NCBI GenBank assembly: GCA_030704615.1
Contig: CM060731.1
Coordinates: 16,306,001 to 16,370,000, forward strand
Reading direction: 5' to 3'
Length of the DNA: 64,000 nt
Source of the DNA: Takakia lepidozioides
Lineage: Eukaryota; Plantae; Bryophyta
Below are positions 23,116-37,021 of the stretch, one piece after another. The notes under the pieces were generated by a model. The model searched no databases. It was not told where the DNA came from and worked only from the letters and a program-made list of their open reading frames with translations. Positions within the stretch are counted from its first letter, which is position 1. Each line of letters starts with the position of its first letter. The translations under genes were made by a program, and so were the position numbers.

Positions 23116-26100
23116 TGACGAGGCGTCGTTTATTGGAGAACACAGGGCCAAGGCAGCAGGTGAACGCGGAGACTGATTCACAAGAGCAGACCGAGACTGA
23201 GGCAGCGGCTGTGACACAGTCGGCAATAACAGTGCGCGTTGGAAACCAGCCTGTGGATGCAGAGATGACTCGCAGGGAAACTGAATGAGGTGGAAGTACG
23301 AGGAACGCTGAACCGAGAGAAGGTCCAGAAACCCTAGAGCAGACAGAAATTCCAGCAGATGTGAGAGGGAAGAGGAAAGCTGCAGAAGGGGATCCAATTT
23401 CAAAACCTAAGAAGGCGCCAGTAAGTTTTCTCTAACTTACATTTCATTGTTGAAGATCTGCGTAGAGATTGAGTGGAATGTCCCAGAAAGGGATTGTGGC
23501 TACCGACCATCACCATGAAACAACGATGATTTGCTTTCTACTCCTCTGTTAAGGGTTTATAGTAGAATGAGTGGGTGACTGACGGTACCGTCATTCACTG
23601 TTGTTAAGATCATACAGTCTGTCTGATTGCGTTTCAAGCAATCCTTCCTCTTCCCTTCTTTAGCAGGAACATGTGATTGAAGTCTACTGAATTGCGAGCG
23701 TCGTTAACGCCATTCGATTCTCCTCATGAGATTTATTTACCTATGTGTTTGAAGAGAGAGTGAGGGTCGGCATATTCAGTCATAATGTATTGCAATGCAT
23801 TTTCTTTGTATGAGGTTGAACAGATAGAGAAGTGGAAAGGCGGTACCGCCAATCAAAGATTTGAAGACCATACTGTAGATTCAGGTAGAGTATCGATTGG
23901 AAAGTACTCTCGACATAGACAGGAAACCGTGAATGCTTGCGACGGTAATCACAATGGAGTCAATCTGAATAATCTGCACTTACTATCCGCCCTAAACTAT
24001 ACTGAATGTTGTTGCCGCCAATCACTTACACATATATCTCATTACACAACACCGATCTGGCAGGTCCTTGTCTTTTGTGATTGTCGTTAACGCCGTTCGC
24101 TCTCGCTCTCGCTTTTGTTTTGAATTCGGCAGGATCAGCTTTGCTTGTGTAGATGGTTCTGAATTTGTTTCACACCATTCATTGTGAGTTTCGTCGAGAC
24201 AGAGTGATGGTCGTTACCGCCGTTCACTATTTGCACATTACTCAGTCAGATTTGAATGACATCGTGCAGAAAACTGTGAGGTCCAAGCCTACAGGATCAG
24301 AGGGGAAAGGATCTGGAGATGGGGACGAGTCTGGAAAAAGCTCAGAGAATAACGATGAAGCAGATGAATCTGAAGTGCACTACCTTGACAAGGTGAAAGA
24401 ACTCATGTCAAACTCTCAGGAGGTTATAAGGGACATGCTCGTATCTGGAGGGCGTCTGGACATCCCTCTGTGCCGGATGATATCTATGCATGTTGTGCGT
24501 CCACCCCTTTCCCATGACATAACAAAATTAGAGAGTGATTTCGTGCATGGATACAGACTTGGTGCACAAGTTTTTTATGTGTCACTGACGGATATAAATG
24601 GGAAAAGCACATTAGTGTCTCCAGAGATCAGTGATACCTGGGATGAGTGATGGAAAGTTGCCAATGAGGAGTTCGAGCTGGGCCTCATGATGGGAAAAAA
24701 CACCCAGCAATTCTGCAACCACATGTTCTACGTCTGGGATGGCAACCACCGATTGCTGGCATGGATGAGATATATCCAGAAACACCATGCGAAAGACAAA
24801 GACAAGCATGTTGCTGTGGAGGCAATGGTTTTGGATCCAGGAAACGACATCGCTAGGCTTCTTATAACTATGCACGACGTGAACAAGTAAGTCATCCGAG
24901 AGATTTCATTCCCTCTGTAGTGTTTTGTTAATCCCAAAAAAACAGTGTTAAGGAATGCAATGTTTCCAATGTTTTTGCAGATCGACAGAGAAATCGCATG
25001 TGACAACAAGCTTGGTCCACACACTATTCCGAATTCAGAGGATTGGTCTGATGAAGCTGGATGATTTTCGGACAGTACTCCCCCCCAATATAATCAAGAA
25101 GTGCGAAATAGGAAGAGCTGCACGCACTTGGTATTCTTTGACTCGAGAGGCGTTTCTGGAGTACATGTATGCGGTAAGCCCGAGTTTGTACTCAGTTTAC
25201 TTTTCGAATACATGTTTGTAGTCCCTTCGGTGCTAATCACTATTTGAATCAATGCAGCAAGAACTGGCAGAGGCAGCTGAGAAGAGAAAATCCGAATATT
25301 ACCGCACTACACCAGAGGAACTAAGGACATCAAAGGGTGTGGAAGCAGCAATAAAAAAAGAGCTTGAAATGCGAAGAACCAAATTGATGTCCGCCTTCGG
25401 AAAACAGCTTAGAATAGTAGATCCTGGACTTGGTTCTGAGTTCCTTCAGCAGATCAAATCTCACTATGACAAGCATGTGCATCCGGAGATGCAGCAAGAG
25501 AAATTGCACCGGTTGGCCATATCCATGGTCGACCCACAAACAAAAATAAGGTGGCTGGAGATATTGAACTCAGATCAGACAGTAAAGGACTTGAATCAGT
25601 TCCCAAAGAGCACCATACAGCCTGACACAAAGGTGGAAGGAATAAGTGATTTGGTGTTTGATAACTGGCTCCACAAGGCTACATTTTGGAGTCAGGTGTG
25701 TATTCAAATAAGCCGTTTTCTTTTCTTCAATTATGTGATGAGTATCTTATTTGCAATACTGACAAATATAAAATTTGCAGCTCGAAAAACGTGCCGTCAT
25801 TGTGCTGGATCAGACTTTGAAGGACTTGAACATTTCGATTGTTTCCCCTCCCCAAATGTCATTGGAGGCATACATAAGGAAGTGGAGAGGTCTCACCTGG
25901 AGATACTATTTTTTCCGGGAGTTCTCCAAAGATGGTAACATTTTACGGTCCAACGACTTTGACAGTCAGGTTGGAGGAGAGTGGGCCATGATGAAATCAT
26001 CAAGTTCAATGCTATCCACAACTTCAGAGTACATATAGGTCCTTTCTTAGTCCCATACATCTCCTCCATGTCCACAAAAATATGTGTGGCAAATTTACGC

Positions 26101-26190
26101 GGCGTGTTGGATCCCAGCTCAAAATCTGATCTTGGTCATCTTTTCGATGATGATGGAGGCATTGGTTGCCAAAACTCATACCCCGCCTAA
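23116..26190 (+). pseudogene. Multi-exon gene with a ParB/Sulfiredoxin-like domain (WDGNHR), disrupted, probably TE-borne
   Basis: Exons ~23116-23421, 24270-24886, 24981-25173, 25258-25695 and 25781-~26190 with GT-AG junctions; RLDIPLCRM..VVRP..KLESDF..GY..FYVS..MFYVWDGNHRLLAW; in-frame TGA at 24648 and further frameshifts. Confidence 0.65.
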
Positions 26191-26623
26191 TATGCCCACT
26201 GATCTCGCTTGTGCTCATATTGGCACCAAGCGTCAAATCACACGTTTGCATTTAGTTTCCTTACATTAAAATTCCCACTGATTTTTTATTAACGTCAATT
26301 GCCCTTGAGTCTTGATAAAAAAATGGCAGAACAATGGTAATAACTTAACAAAGATACAAAGTCTTATCTTATTGTTTGCAATACTTGTTACTAAGAAAAT
26401 ATATCCACTAAAATATCATTTTGCATTCTTTAAGATCTAGGAATTTCCTTCTGTGAATTTACGGCCTTCTTTGTAGGATTTATTTCAACTTGATTATTGA
26501 ACAATATTAAACATGGGGATGCATCTCTTCTTAGAAGTTGTGAAAACATGATGTCCGATTTTATCAATGAATTTCAACTCCTCATAACATCTTTTGCACT
26601 GCGCGTTCAAATGTGTGTGTATT

Positions 26624-27373
26624 TTGAACCTCCGACATTCCCCAATACTAGAGGGTCTCTAATCCTTGGCAATCTCGACGATGATATTAACTGGCGGCCT
26701 TGGAAAAGTTGAAAATCGAAGATGAAAGTTTTTCCTCATATTATCTAATTGCACCAAACACTCAAATATGTGCCCACTATGAACTTTGAACCTCCAAACA
26801 TTCCCCAATGAGGGTCTCTAATCCTTGATAGAGCTCGATGATGATATTAACTTATGCAACATCTGAAAAACAAAAAATCCAAGATGAAGGCTCTTCGTCA
26901 CAACATCTTTGTACTACATGTTCAATGCCCTTGTCTGAAAGAAATCATCAAGCCAGGAATGACAGCAATAAAGCAAGATTGAAGGCAACCGACATTCCAT
27001 GGCGACAAGCTGGTGTGGCCCTGAAGCTCCAACCGTCAGAAGCAGGGCCGGGTGTGTTTGGATTGTAAGGTGATGGACTGGGACTGATTCCTCCAGATCC
27101 ATAAAAGGGAACTGCCTTGCTTTGAAAAGACCACGAAAAGACCTTGTGGTGGACGATTCCACTCCCGGTGGCTGCTGAGAAGCCCACGAACATGTACTGA
27201 TTGAGGACGGTTGACAGATCTTGGTTGACTGAAAGAAGTGGCTGATTTGGCTTCATGAAACTTTGATTCTGAACCTCCAACATTCCCCACGCTGGAAGGT
27301 CCCTAATTCCTGGCAGAGCTGGATGATGATACAAACTGGCGGCGTTGGGAAAAATAAAAAATCCTAGATGAAT
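26624..27373. repeat. Three diverged copies of a ~105 bp repeat (26624-26727, 26785-26888, 27268-27373)
   Basis: Shared core TGAACCTCC..ACATTCCCCA..GGTCYCTAAT.C.TG...GATGAT...AAATC..AGATGAA. Confidence 0.8.
26948..27265 (-). pseudogene. Legume (L-type) lectin domain C-terminal fragment, LecRK-like
   Basis: KPNQPLLSVNQDLSTVLNQYMFVGFSAATGSGIVHHKVFSWSF followed by a Pro-rich linker and hydrophobic stretch. Confidence 0.85.
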
Positions 27374-28159
27374 GGCGCCCATCTTAATTTTGAATCTTTA
27401 AGGTAGAAGCGTTAGTCTTAGTGGCTTCATCCTTTGGATCTCTTGGCTGTCCCTTTGTACTATTTATAGTGACACCCACTAGGTTTATATTTCCTCGTTT
27501 AATTTAAGCAACAAGAGGGATACTAGGTGCTATTTTCATTAATTAAAAAAAAAAAACCCTCTGGAGTAGATGTTTCCTGTGAGGGTTGGAAGGGTTGTAG
27601 GGGACTCTTCTCTCTACCATGCCATTTTCATTCTTGCCTCCTCCAAAATCCTTCAATTGGATTAGCACTGCCTCTTCTCTTGCCCCTTTGCCCCTTTCTG
27701 GTTTATAAAAATAAAAATAAAGTAAAAAAATTACGGCATTTCTAGGAAAATTTCCTTAAAAATATACTTCAATTTCCTCTGAAGGTGTGGTAATGTACAC
27801 GTACAAGTACGTATACGTATATACGGCGTGGGGCGCCAGGCTTTCCCTCCAAATGCAAATTCCCGCCATCCCTCGCACTCTCGCACTTGATCACTGCCTC
27901 GACAGCGCCCTGCACAGTGGAGATGATGCTGCTTACCCTTCTTTTCCCAAGTGCACTGCTCTCTGAGGTGATATGCTTTGCATTTGGCTGTGCATTTGTG
28001 AGAGCATCTTGATGAATTCGAACTGGATTTGAACAAGAAGGCGAGACCTATGCAATGAGCTCTGTAAGAATGCGGGCGATCTGTAGCAGCTGGAGAGGAT
28101 GACATTTGACCAGAAGCTAGGAGAGGTATTCGCTCAATTGTAAAACCCGGTTGGTCCCC

Positions 28160-31100
28160 ATGGGCCCTCCAATGCGGAGCAACCAGCGGTCAGTGTTTCA
28201 AGCTATCGCAATGCGAGAAGTGTGCCCATACAAAGGTAAAATTCCAGAACTCCTCTGCACGGTATATGCATCGACCTCCTTGTGGGGGAAGCTAAATGTT
28301 GCGAACGTAGTATCTAGAGCTGATGTAAGGCTAGGACGGTGTGTATACGTGCATGTGGCTGCTTCAACAAGCTCCAGACTTAGAACAGCATGTGTATTGT
28401 TGGGAAGCTTCAAACCTGCCCGAGGATCCTTCTATCCCTGTTTCTGTCTGTCTGTGAGATTGAAGCTTTGTCAAACTGGATTAAGTCCCACGGCATTAAC
28501 CCCGATAGGATACTCCTTTACGAATGAGCGAAAACCTCATATTGGTGAGGGTGTTACGTCTACAATACTTTCTGTGGTCCTCTTCTGGACCATTCCTTGG
28601 TCTGCAGCAGTCCCCGAATCGCAATCCCCGCGGTGAGAATCTCTAGTGATATTGGCCGCCCAATTTGACCGTGCATTTTGAATTCTTACGCAACATGTGT
28701 TCTATTGTAATGTCAGCGACTGCCCATAGGATATTCTATTCCTCTTATGCTAGCCAGAGATGCATACTTGAAAATTGCGGACGATGAGGATGTTGCTGCT
28801 CTGTGGATTTCTGAAATCTTCAGAAAGTGGTATAATTTGCGTAGCCATGGCTTATATGCAGTGATGGGACGTCCAAATCTAGGAGAGTTTTCTTCAGAAG
28901 GGGGCTGCACAGGTTCAGGTGTGCTGACAGTGGAACCCAATGGTATTTCTGCTCCGCCACTGGCCAATGCCTATGGCAAGGTTTGTCATGAACGTTATGT
29001 GTGTTTTTCAACGTTAAAATCAAAGAGATGAGACTTCTCTTGAAGGGAGGGAGGGAGAAAGAGAAAGACAGAAGAAACAAAGTAAACTTTATAACGTCCA
29101 CAAGGGGCCACGAGGGCATGTGAGACAGGGTAGAACAAAGAAATGAGCAGCGAAGGGCCTCAAGCAGGTGCGCTTCGGATCTTCAAAGCTGCTAAGAAAT
29201 GGGAATCTCTAAAAAGACGAGCTCCTCAGGGACAGAACTTTATTTGTGGGTGGGAGGCCCAGAGACAGAAGTATAACAACATAGTAGAGCCACACAAAGC
29301 AAAAGGATAACTTATGCACTTCGTCTCCTCCTAAGTAGTGATACTCAAGTATCTGCGGTTCTTGTAGTTCTCTGGGCATGAGAAAACTAATTATGCTCCG
29401 TCTCTATTTCGCCTAGGCAGATCCTATCCTCAGGAAGTGTGTTATCACATCTCCCTGTCTCAATTTGGAGACCGGGAACCGACCCTAGAATTGCTCAAAG
29501 AATGTGCAGTGAAGAGTGGAAGAATGAAGAGAGAGAAACGTTAGTGGGGTGGAGATGTGGGGTAGGGATCTGGAGAAAGAGAGAGATGATTGCATTCTAC
29601 TGTGAGGATGGATCAGCTTAAGCATTGCTTGTGCAGAAGAAAGGAGATGGCCATTTGCTTGCTGTGGCGGACGAAGAAGGTTTTGTCAGCATCTTCAACA
29701 CTTGCCGCCAGTTACCTACAGCTATAGACTCCGAATTTGAAACAGGTACAATTCTTGTTCAGGTTTCATTTGGCACCCTGATTTCTGGTTCAGGAAAGCT
29801 CGAGTATCCATGCCCACCATTCTCCGTGATTTGTGACAGTGTTGAGCATGATAAATACACTGCAAAAGCGGTCTCCAATTTTCGCTTGAGCTGCTAATCA
29901 CCAACTTGACAATACAGGTGGAACCTGCTTATACCACGTCTTTGACTTGGCCACCAAACACCCATTGCTGCAGTGTCCTACAACATATATATCAAACAGA
30001 GCAGGTCTAAAGAAATAGTTAGGTTTCTGGAACTAATTCTCAGGCAAGAAGCTCTGGCTTCTCTCTCAGCTGAGCTGTGATTGTGGTTGAGGGCCCCACT
30101 TTACAGTTATGTTTTCTTCTAGTTCCCATTTGAGCAAAAGCACCCAAACCCAAACTATCCATACATAATCCTCAATCACAATGCTGCCAAACCAACAAAG
30201 CTGCACACCAACTCTCACCTAGGGGAGTCGAGCTAAACTACCTTCCAAGAAATGCAAGATGAAGAATTTTTTTGGCTCTTGGCTGAGTTGAGACAATGTT
30301 GAAAGCTGTTGCCCTCCTCGGGTCTGAATCCTGATGTGCTGCATGTCTGTGCGTTTTAGCACATTCATGTCTTGTTCCTGAACTTCTTGTTTACTACTAC
30401 ATCACAAGTCTTGGTGAAGATATATTTATGGAGGCCACATCTCTGGATGTGTCCCACCTAAGTACCATACGCCCACTATGACTTTCATAAAACAGAGCTA
30501 CATCCATTAGACCTGTGGGAACTTGTTAGGTTGTTAGAGGACTAGGGACATCCACTGTTCCTCCCTCAGCAGCTTGTATCGAGATTGTTCGCAGGGAAAT
30601 GTCGATTGGCGTTGTGGATGGCGCATATGAATGCCATTTTTGATGTTTGTTGGATGCGGGTATGTCACTATTCTTTCCCTACAGATATTGATGCTATCAT
30701 GCAACTCCTAGAGGTTTCCATTCTGAGCCAGCATCAGTTCAATTTTCTGTCCTTGATCCAAAATCTGCAATGGTGATTCCATGCAGGATGATACTCGCAT
30801 ACTGACAGCATCAGGAGACCAAATGGTACGCATCCTTTTTAATATGTCTCCATATTTGTTTAGCTTTTGATTCAAAGCCCAATCTGATCAAAAGTGGGCT
30901 TGCTCTTTATGTCACACATGTTGCAAGATGAACCATCCTGTGTGGAAATGACAGTTTCGTTGGCATGCACCCTGAGTCATGTACTAGAAGACCGAATTGC
31001 ACATGCAAGCGCACCCCAGCTCCTTCTGCAGAATATGTACCTCACAAATTAGAAACCATTCTGTAATTTGACTTGACCCTGACCAGTTGCCTGCCTCAGA

Positions 31101-34100
31101 AGTATCTAAGTTCCTCTCAACTTGTATCTGTAAGGCCTGCCTCCTACTGCCTCAGGAGAAAAGAGTTGAGCACTCAACTGAAAATCTTTTGTTCTCCCAT
31201 GTACAGATCAGACTGTGGGATGTAGAGGCCCATAAAGAAGTGGGAGTCATGAAAGGCCACTCTGGAAGTGTGAAATCTCTTTGCACTCACCCTTCTGACT
31301 CAGGTATGCTGTTCTCTATCCCACTGAACTTTCTTTGTTGGGGCAAAATGAATCCTCCGTCATTGCAGTTTCACTTCCAATTTTCTTGAGCATTTTGTCG
31401 GAGACGGACAAAAAGAATTGTAAATGAAATGAATTGGTGCTCTACAATGTCCACAGAAAGCTCAAAGAGCTCATGGGAGCATGCAACAAGGAAAAGAGGG
31501 CCTCCACAAGCAGCTCAAAAATAACTATTGCTCAAGGGATTCAATGCCTTGTGCAGACATGTTGCTACGCATTTCTGATCCTCACAATGGAACATCTCTG
31601 TAAGAATGGACTTCTAAAGTCCAGTGGAAACCCAAAGAGCTTTTGGAAGAAGAGCATGTAACATACAATGAAATTTCCTCTTGCTTACTTTGGCACCCTA
31701 GGTATTTCCTGAGATAATCAAGTAATGAGCCATGCTTGTGGGGTACACAGATCTCTTTGTATCGGGGTCAAGGGATGGGAGTGTTGCCTTTTGGGACCTC
31801 CGGGCCTCTACTACCAATGGATGCTCACGGTAGGCAAGTTTCACATTGGTGCATGTACAACTATGAGTGGATTTTACTGTTCTCTTTACGGCCGAGTATT
31901 GTAGATTGTCTGTTCTTGATTCAAGGAACTTTCAGCTTTCCTTTGTGCAAGTAGTGGATGCACATAACCATGTCCATCGAAATGTGTCAAACTGACTCCG
32001 CTCACAATTCATTTCTGGAGGCAGGCCCGTGGCATCAATTGACAATATACACATGGCCCCAAGAAGCAAGCACGTGCGTCGCTCCAAGGTATTGCCCATT
32101 TATTTACACCTTAAGTGATTGACATCAGGCCAATCCTGTCATGCGACCCTGTGAGGTAGTAGAGTTGTGAACACATGCCAACTTTTGGAGAGGAGTAGCC
32201 ACTCATTGTGTATGTTTCAATGCAGGGAGGCACACACAGTGTGACTGCAGTGCTGTATCAAAGAGACGAGCTTGTACTGGCCACAACTGGTTCTGTAGAT
32301 GGGTGTGTTCTATCTACTTACAACTTCCCTATGTGTGCTTGCATATGAATCTGGGGGGGTGGTGGAGGTGTAAAACTATCAACCTAAATGAGGGTATCTC
32401 TCCCTTCCTGGCTTTGCACCCTGCAGGAAACATGTAGGTCAGGCAGCAGGCTTTTAATAAATTGGAATACGGCGAACAACAGGGCAAATCATCCAACAAC
32501 TGTAGGTTGAGACTTGAGACAGATGTTGATTAAAGAGATAGACAGTCAAGAGATTGAGATATGGGGGGGCAAACGATTGTCTAGGGTAAGATCGTGTCAT
32601 TCACGTAAGTAGTGGTTTCTGTTGCAGGGTGGTCAAATTTTGGGACACAAGGAAGCTGAAGGGCCCGGTGGCTCAAACTCCACCTCTACAAGTAAATGGG
32701 ATCAAAGTAAGTTTTGGTCTGTGTCCCAGGAGTAAAACATCCTCACATTGTAGTCTTTGTGGTTGCTGCTTCATGCTGTGGGCCCTACAATTTTAAGCAT
32801 TCGTGTGGCAATCTTAGTCAGTCACGCTGCCTGCAGGAAAGTCCTACCATATGAGGCCACTCCATGTTTCTAATTTAGGATTTAGTACCAAAAAGGCATG
32901 GCCATATTCTCACCAAATTCGTATGGCTCATAGATAATGGCCTACATATGATCTGAAGAACTACCTGAAGCCTGGGTGCCAGGCAGAAACTAAGAATAAT
33001 CTTAGATCTGTACAGCAGGTTGACCAAACTGGGAAAAGCAGGAGGCCCTTTTTGAAAGCCTAGAACAGAGTGTCACTGCACCACCTCTGCCTTAGTTTCA
33101 GAAGCTTAAGACAAAAGCTGTTAAGAAGCTCTGCAGTGAGCCTTAGCTTAAATAGATGCCAAGGTCAAGAAGAAATCTGGAACCCAGAATCAATGTCACT
33201 TTAGAGGTAAGTCCTACTAACGTAGCAAGTCTCCCCTCGAGTGGGCCTGCATTCTACTCTTCTCCAATATGCCCGCCCTCTATCTTCCCCTTTCCTGTGC
33301 CAACCAATGTGGGCCCAGGGTCTATGGTCGTGAATCTCAAGAAAAATCTAATGAAGCTTTTCTTCCCTAAATTAAGGTCACTGTCATAAGCCAAATAAGT
33401 AGAATATCACTTGCTTCTCTCCTGCATATTATTGATTGGATGGTGTTGCTGGTGCTAGGGGGGCCGGATGCATGGCATCACAAGCCTTTCACGAGATCCA
33501 GCTGGCACCCGTCTCATTGCCTCTTGCACTGATAACAGGTCTGTAATTTGAGTTTGAATATCAGCAGTTTGATCATTAGCACCAAAGAGAATTTTGGTGT
33601 CGAATGGAACGCTGTAGATTAAGTTTTGTCTGTCCATGGTGATGCCTATGTATACGTTTAATGTTGAGGCTGGAAGTCGTGAGCGATTGGTCAAATTCTC
33701 ATCCATGACTCAGCTTGGGTCATGGTGCATTCAAATTGTTGATGACGCAGAATCTACTTGTATGACGGAACACATCCGGAGAAAGGTGCTATGTCTAGCT
33801 TTGCTGGCCATGTCGTGGACTCTTTCTACATCAAGGTTCACTTCTTCCATATTTGATTACACTAGCTTCAATACCAGGTCTGGTGATAACTGTTATTGCT
33901 CGGAGGGATTGTGCATGCTGTAAATTCAATGTAGCGGGAAGGATAAGCAAGACATTGTTAATATTGTTAGATCAAGCTAGCATGCAATCATCAGGTCTTC
34001 TGAGCCTACTTGGGTATTTGGGCGGAAGCAGGCAGCATTCAGTCCTGACGGAGATCACATTTTGAGTGGATCTACAGATGGCAATGTCTTTGTGTGGCAG

Positions 34101-35271
34101 GTTCGCTCATTTTCTAGTCTTCATTTCCTAGTACTGTGCTCTTAACGATTGTCTGGCCCTGAAGCTTGAAATGATGTTGAGGTTCTGCAAGAGGTCCTTA
34201 ATACTAGAAGGCAGATAGAGAAGTGGCAGTGGCAAGCACTGAAATCTCCTTAAGAAAGCTCTTTTGCAATGTTATTGGCACAGGTGGACAAGCCTAACGA
34301 ATCTCCTGTGATTCTCAAAGGCCACACAAGCGAGGTAACTGCAGTGGATTGGTAAGTTCCATTTTCTATTATTCCAACCTTTAGTTTTCTTACAATGGAT
34401 GGGTGTCATTCGTAGCAAATGATCTCTTGGACTCAAGAGGCTATGTAAGTTTTGTTGCTGGCCAAAAATGAGTTTGCTTGAAGCGATTCGTATCTAAAAG
34501 GAGTGTCTGACTGTTATATGAACATGAATGCAGGTCTCTGTCAAGCTTCCACGGGATTGCAACCTGCTCTGATGACTGCACAGTATGTCCAAGCTCTCTT
34601 TCTCCTTCTGGATACTTTCATAATGTAGGAGAGGGTGAAGGGAGGCTAGAATCAACAGGCTTCAAATTCATCTACTCTGCTGGTTTACTCTTGGGTTGAG
34701 TATTTTCTCAAAGAAGGAAGTTGGAAGTGTGTGGCGTATAGCTTGCAACTGATGGACATGTGTAGACTCTCGTTATGAAGCCTGCCATTCACTGATGCAA
34801 AACGTTGGCAAAATGTTGAACAAACAGGTACGGGTATGGAGTATTAAAAAGCTTCGGTTTACAAACCTGGAGACGTCCCCACATGTTCTTCGGAGCATCC
34901 CTCCGCAGCCTTGCTCATCATCTCCTCAAACCTCCCCAAAGAAGGGGCATACATCAGTAGTACATAGGACTGGAAACCTGCAGCCGGAAGTCGACAACGA
35001 TCAGTATGGAACTAAGATATCAGCACTCGAGGCATTAGTCGAGAATAAGGAGAATGCTTGCCCCTGTTTCAGCAAAGAAGCGGCAGTGGGTGTTCAAGGT
35101 AGCCATGCATTGACAGAGGACGTGAATGCACTTTTTCTCTCGCAGAATTTTCCCAATTTATGCGAAAAATCCAAGTCTGGTACTCTCCAGGCCATGTGGG
35201 CGAAGTCTGAAAGTCTGCTTCCGAAAAGGCGACGAACCATATTGCACTATTTCAGTGCTCCTAATTCATGA
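28160..35271 (+). CDS. CDT2: Denticleless/CDT2 homolog, WD40 substrate receptor of CRL4 (about 15 exons)
   Basis: Exons read PPLANAYGK / [17 protein letters not shown] / [13 protein letters not shown] / ILTASGDQM / KGHSGSVKS / [16 protein letters not shown] / SVTAVLY / VKFWDTRK / [21 protein letters not shown] / DSFYIK / [15 protein letters not shown] / [13 protein letters not shown] / IATCSDDCT / VRVW; GT-AG junctions. Confidence 0.9.
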
Positions 35272-37021
35272 TCTTCCGTCTCCAAGGTTGACTTGTAAAG
35301 ATTGTAATACACAAGGACAATAGTCATGTGTGATCTGGTTCTGAATGTCCTGTCAGTGCCAGCAGCAGCTCGATCCACAGTACTACATGTTAGGCCTAGC
35401 AACAGTTACGTGCTTGTTGCCACAAGTCCATTTGCCTCGAGGCGATGATACTAAAAAGGGGACCGTTCGAGTATAGAGAAGAAAACTTCTCAGTACCTTT
35501 GTACAACTCCCTTTCTAACAACCGTCAGTTTCATAAACCTTCTCTTCTGATTCTTTGATAAGAGCTCGGGGATTCCACCTTGGGACAGATAACATTGTCG
35601 GTTTCAACTATAGCTCCAAGGTAATGAATTTTCAGAAACCTTACCGGCTTCATGTAGATAACCGAGCAATAACCGCCCAACACTGGACTGGAACCAGTGT
35701 TGGGGCTGGGTAATACACAGGGACACCAGTATTTAGACCCACCACCCAAATACCCTACTTGAGCTGGAACTGGCCATCTTGCCACTTACCTGGCCCAGGA
35801 TGGACTGTGATTATGCATGCTTCAAGATCTCTGTTGTGTTACTCCCAGAGCCAAATGCAGTGGTAGAGGAACATTGTAAGCTTAGAGTCTACAGCCTCTT
35901 GGAAATGATGGATGAGCAAGCTAGTTGTGCCTTGCAAACATATGAGATCCCTGCAGATTCCAACACATTACCACATGATGATACCGAGGTTGAGCAGCTT
36001 GGGCATGATCTTGCTATATGTTTTTGAGGATCCACAAATCGAAAGTGCACCACGAACTTTTGGAAACTGCTCAATAGCAACCATCCTAACTAAATGCGAA
36101 AAGTATGCCCTTCTCATCCTTGCAATTAGAAAGACGGGGCTGGAACGCTTGCCCCTCTGTTTGTTGTCTAGTGTTGTATTGTGTTTTTTATTTTGGACCT
36201 CTTAGAATCTAAGTATATAGTAGCTGAAAATCAATTGTATTGATAGTTGTTCTATGGGACCCAATAGTATTCCACTTGGATAACCAGCATATTGATAACC
36301 GGGACACTTCTTTTGGGGACCCTTCTATTGATAATCGACGCAATTTTCAAACTCCTACATTATATGTGACCACCGCCATACCACTTCATACAATTGTCTG
36401 ACCCAGACCCTTCAATATGCACAAAAAGTGATACCCACCCAACACAGGACTGAACCCCAGACCTGAAGGCCAATAAACCAGCCGGGGATTGATCCACAGG
36501 CCCACAGGCCCATGCACAGGATCAGCAAAGATTCCAAATTACTGGCCAGAGCCCCAATGTCCCCTTGATTAACTTGAAACGAAAACTTCTCAACAGCTGC
36601 TAACATAACAGGTGGCATTACTGTGGTTGAGATCATACCAACTTCTCATTGTTTCTTTTAATATGAATTGAAGGGCTTCCTTGGACTTTCTTAAAAAAAA
36701 CCATGTTCAGTAGGAACTGCAGACTGAACTTAAATGTTAGCTTACATCTTTAACATTGTAGGTGAAGAGGGGTTTGCAAGCTTTCTGCACTTGTAGTTGT
36801 AAGTGCAGCCGACATTGTGCTGGATTGCTACTGTTACCCCAACACGAAGGTGGTGAGTCAACATAGTATATCATTTCGTCGATGAAACTACTTCTGCCAT
36901 CAGTTGATGGACGACGAATAAATCTCCCGAAGCAGTTTATCAATTGCAAAAAGGGACCCTGTAGGGATTACAATGTCCCCTGGACTCTGGTGTCTGTTAC
37001 ATGTACATATATTTCTCCTAA

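Noticed and set aside
24648-24650. TGA as selenocysteine or programmed readthrough in the ParB-like gene
   Set aside because: Land plants lack Sec decoding and the gene has other disablements; simple mutation is more likely
26624-27373. CRISPR-like reading of the repeat array
   Set aside because: Units are ~105 bp, diverged and irregularly spaced; eukaryotic context and no cas genes
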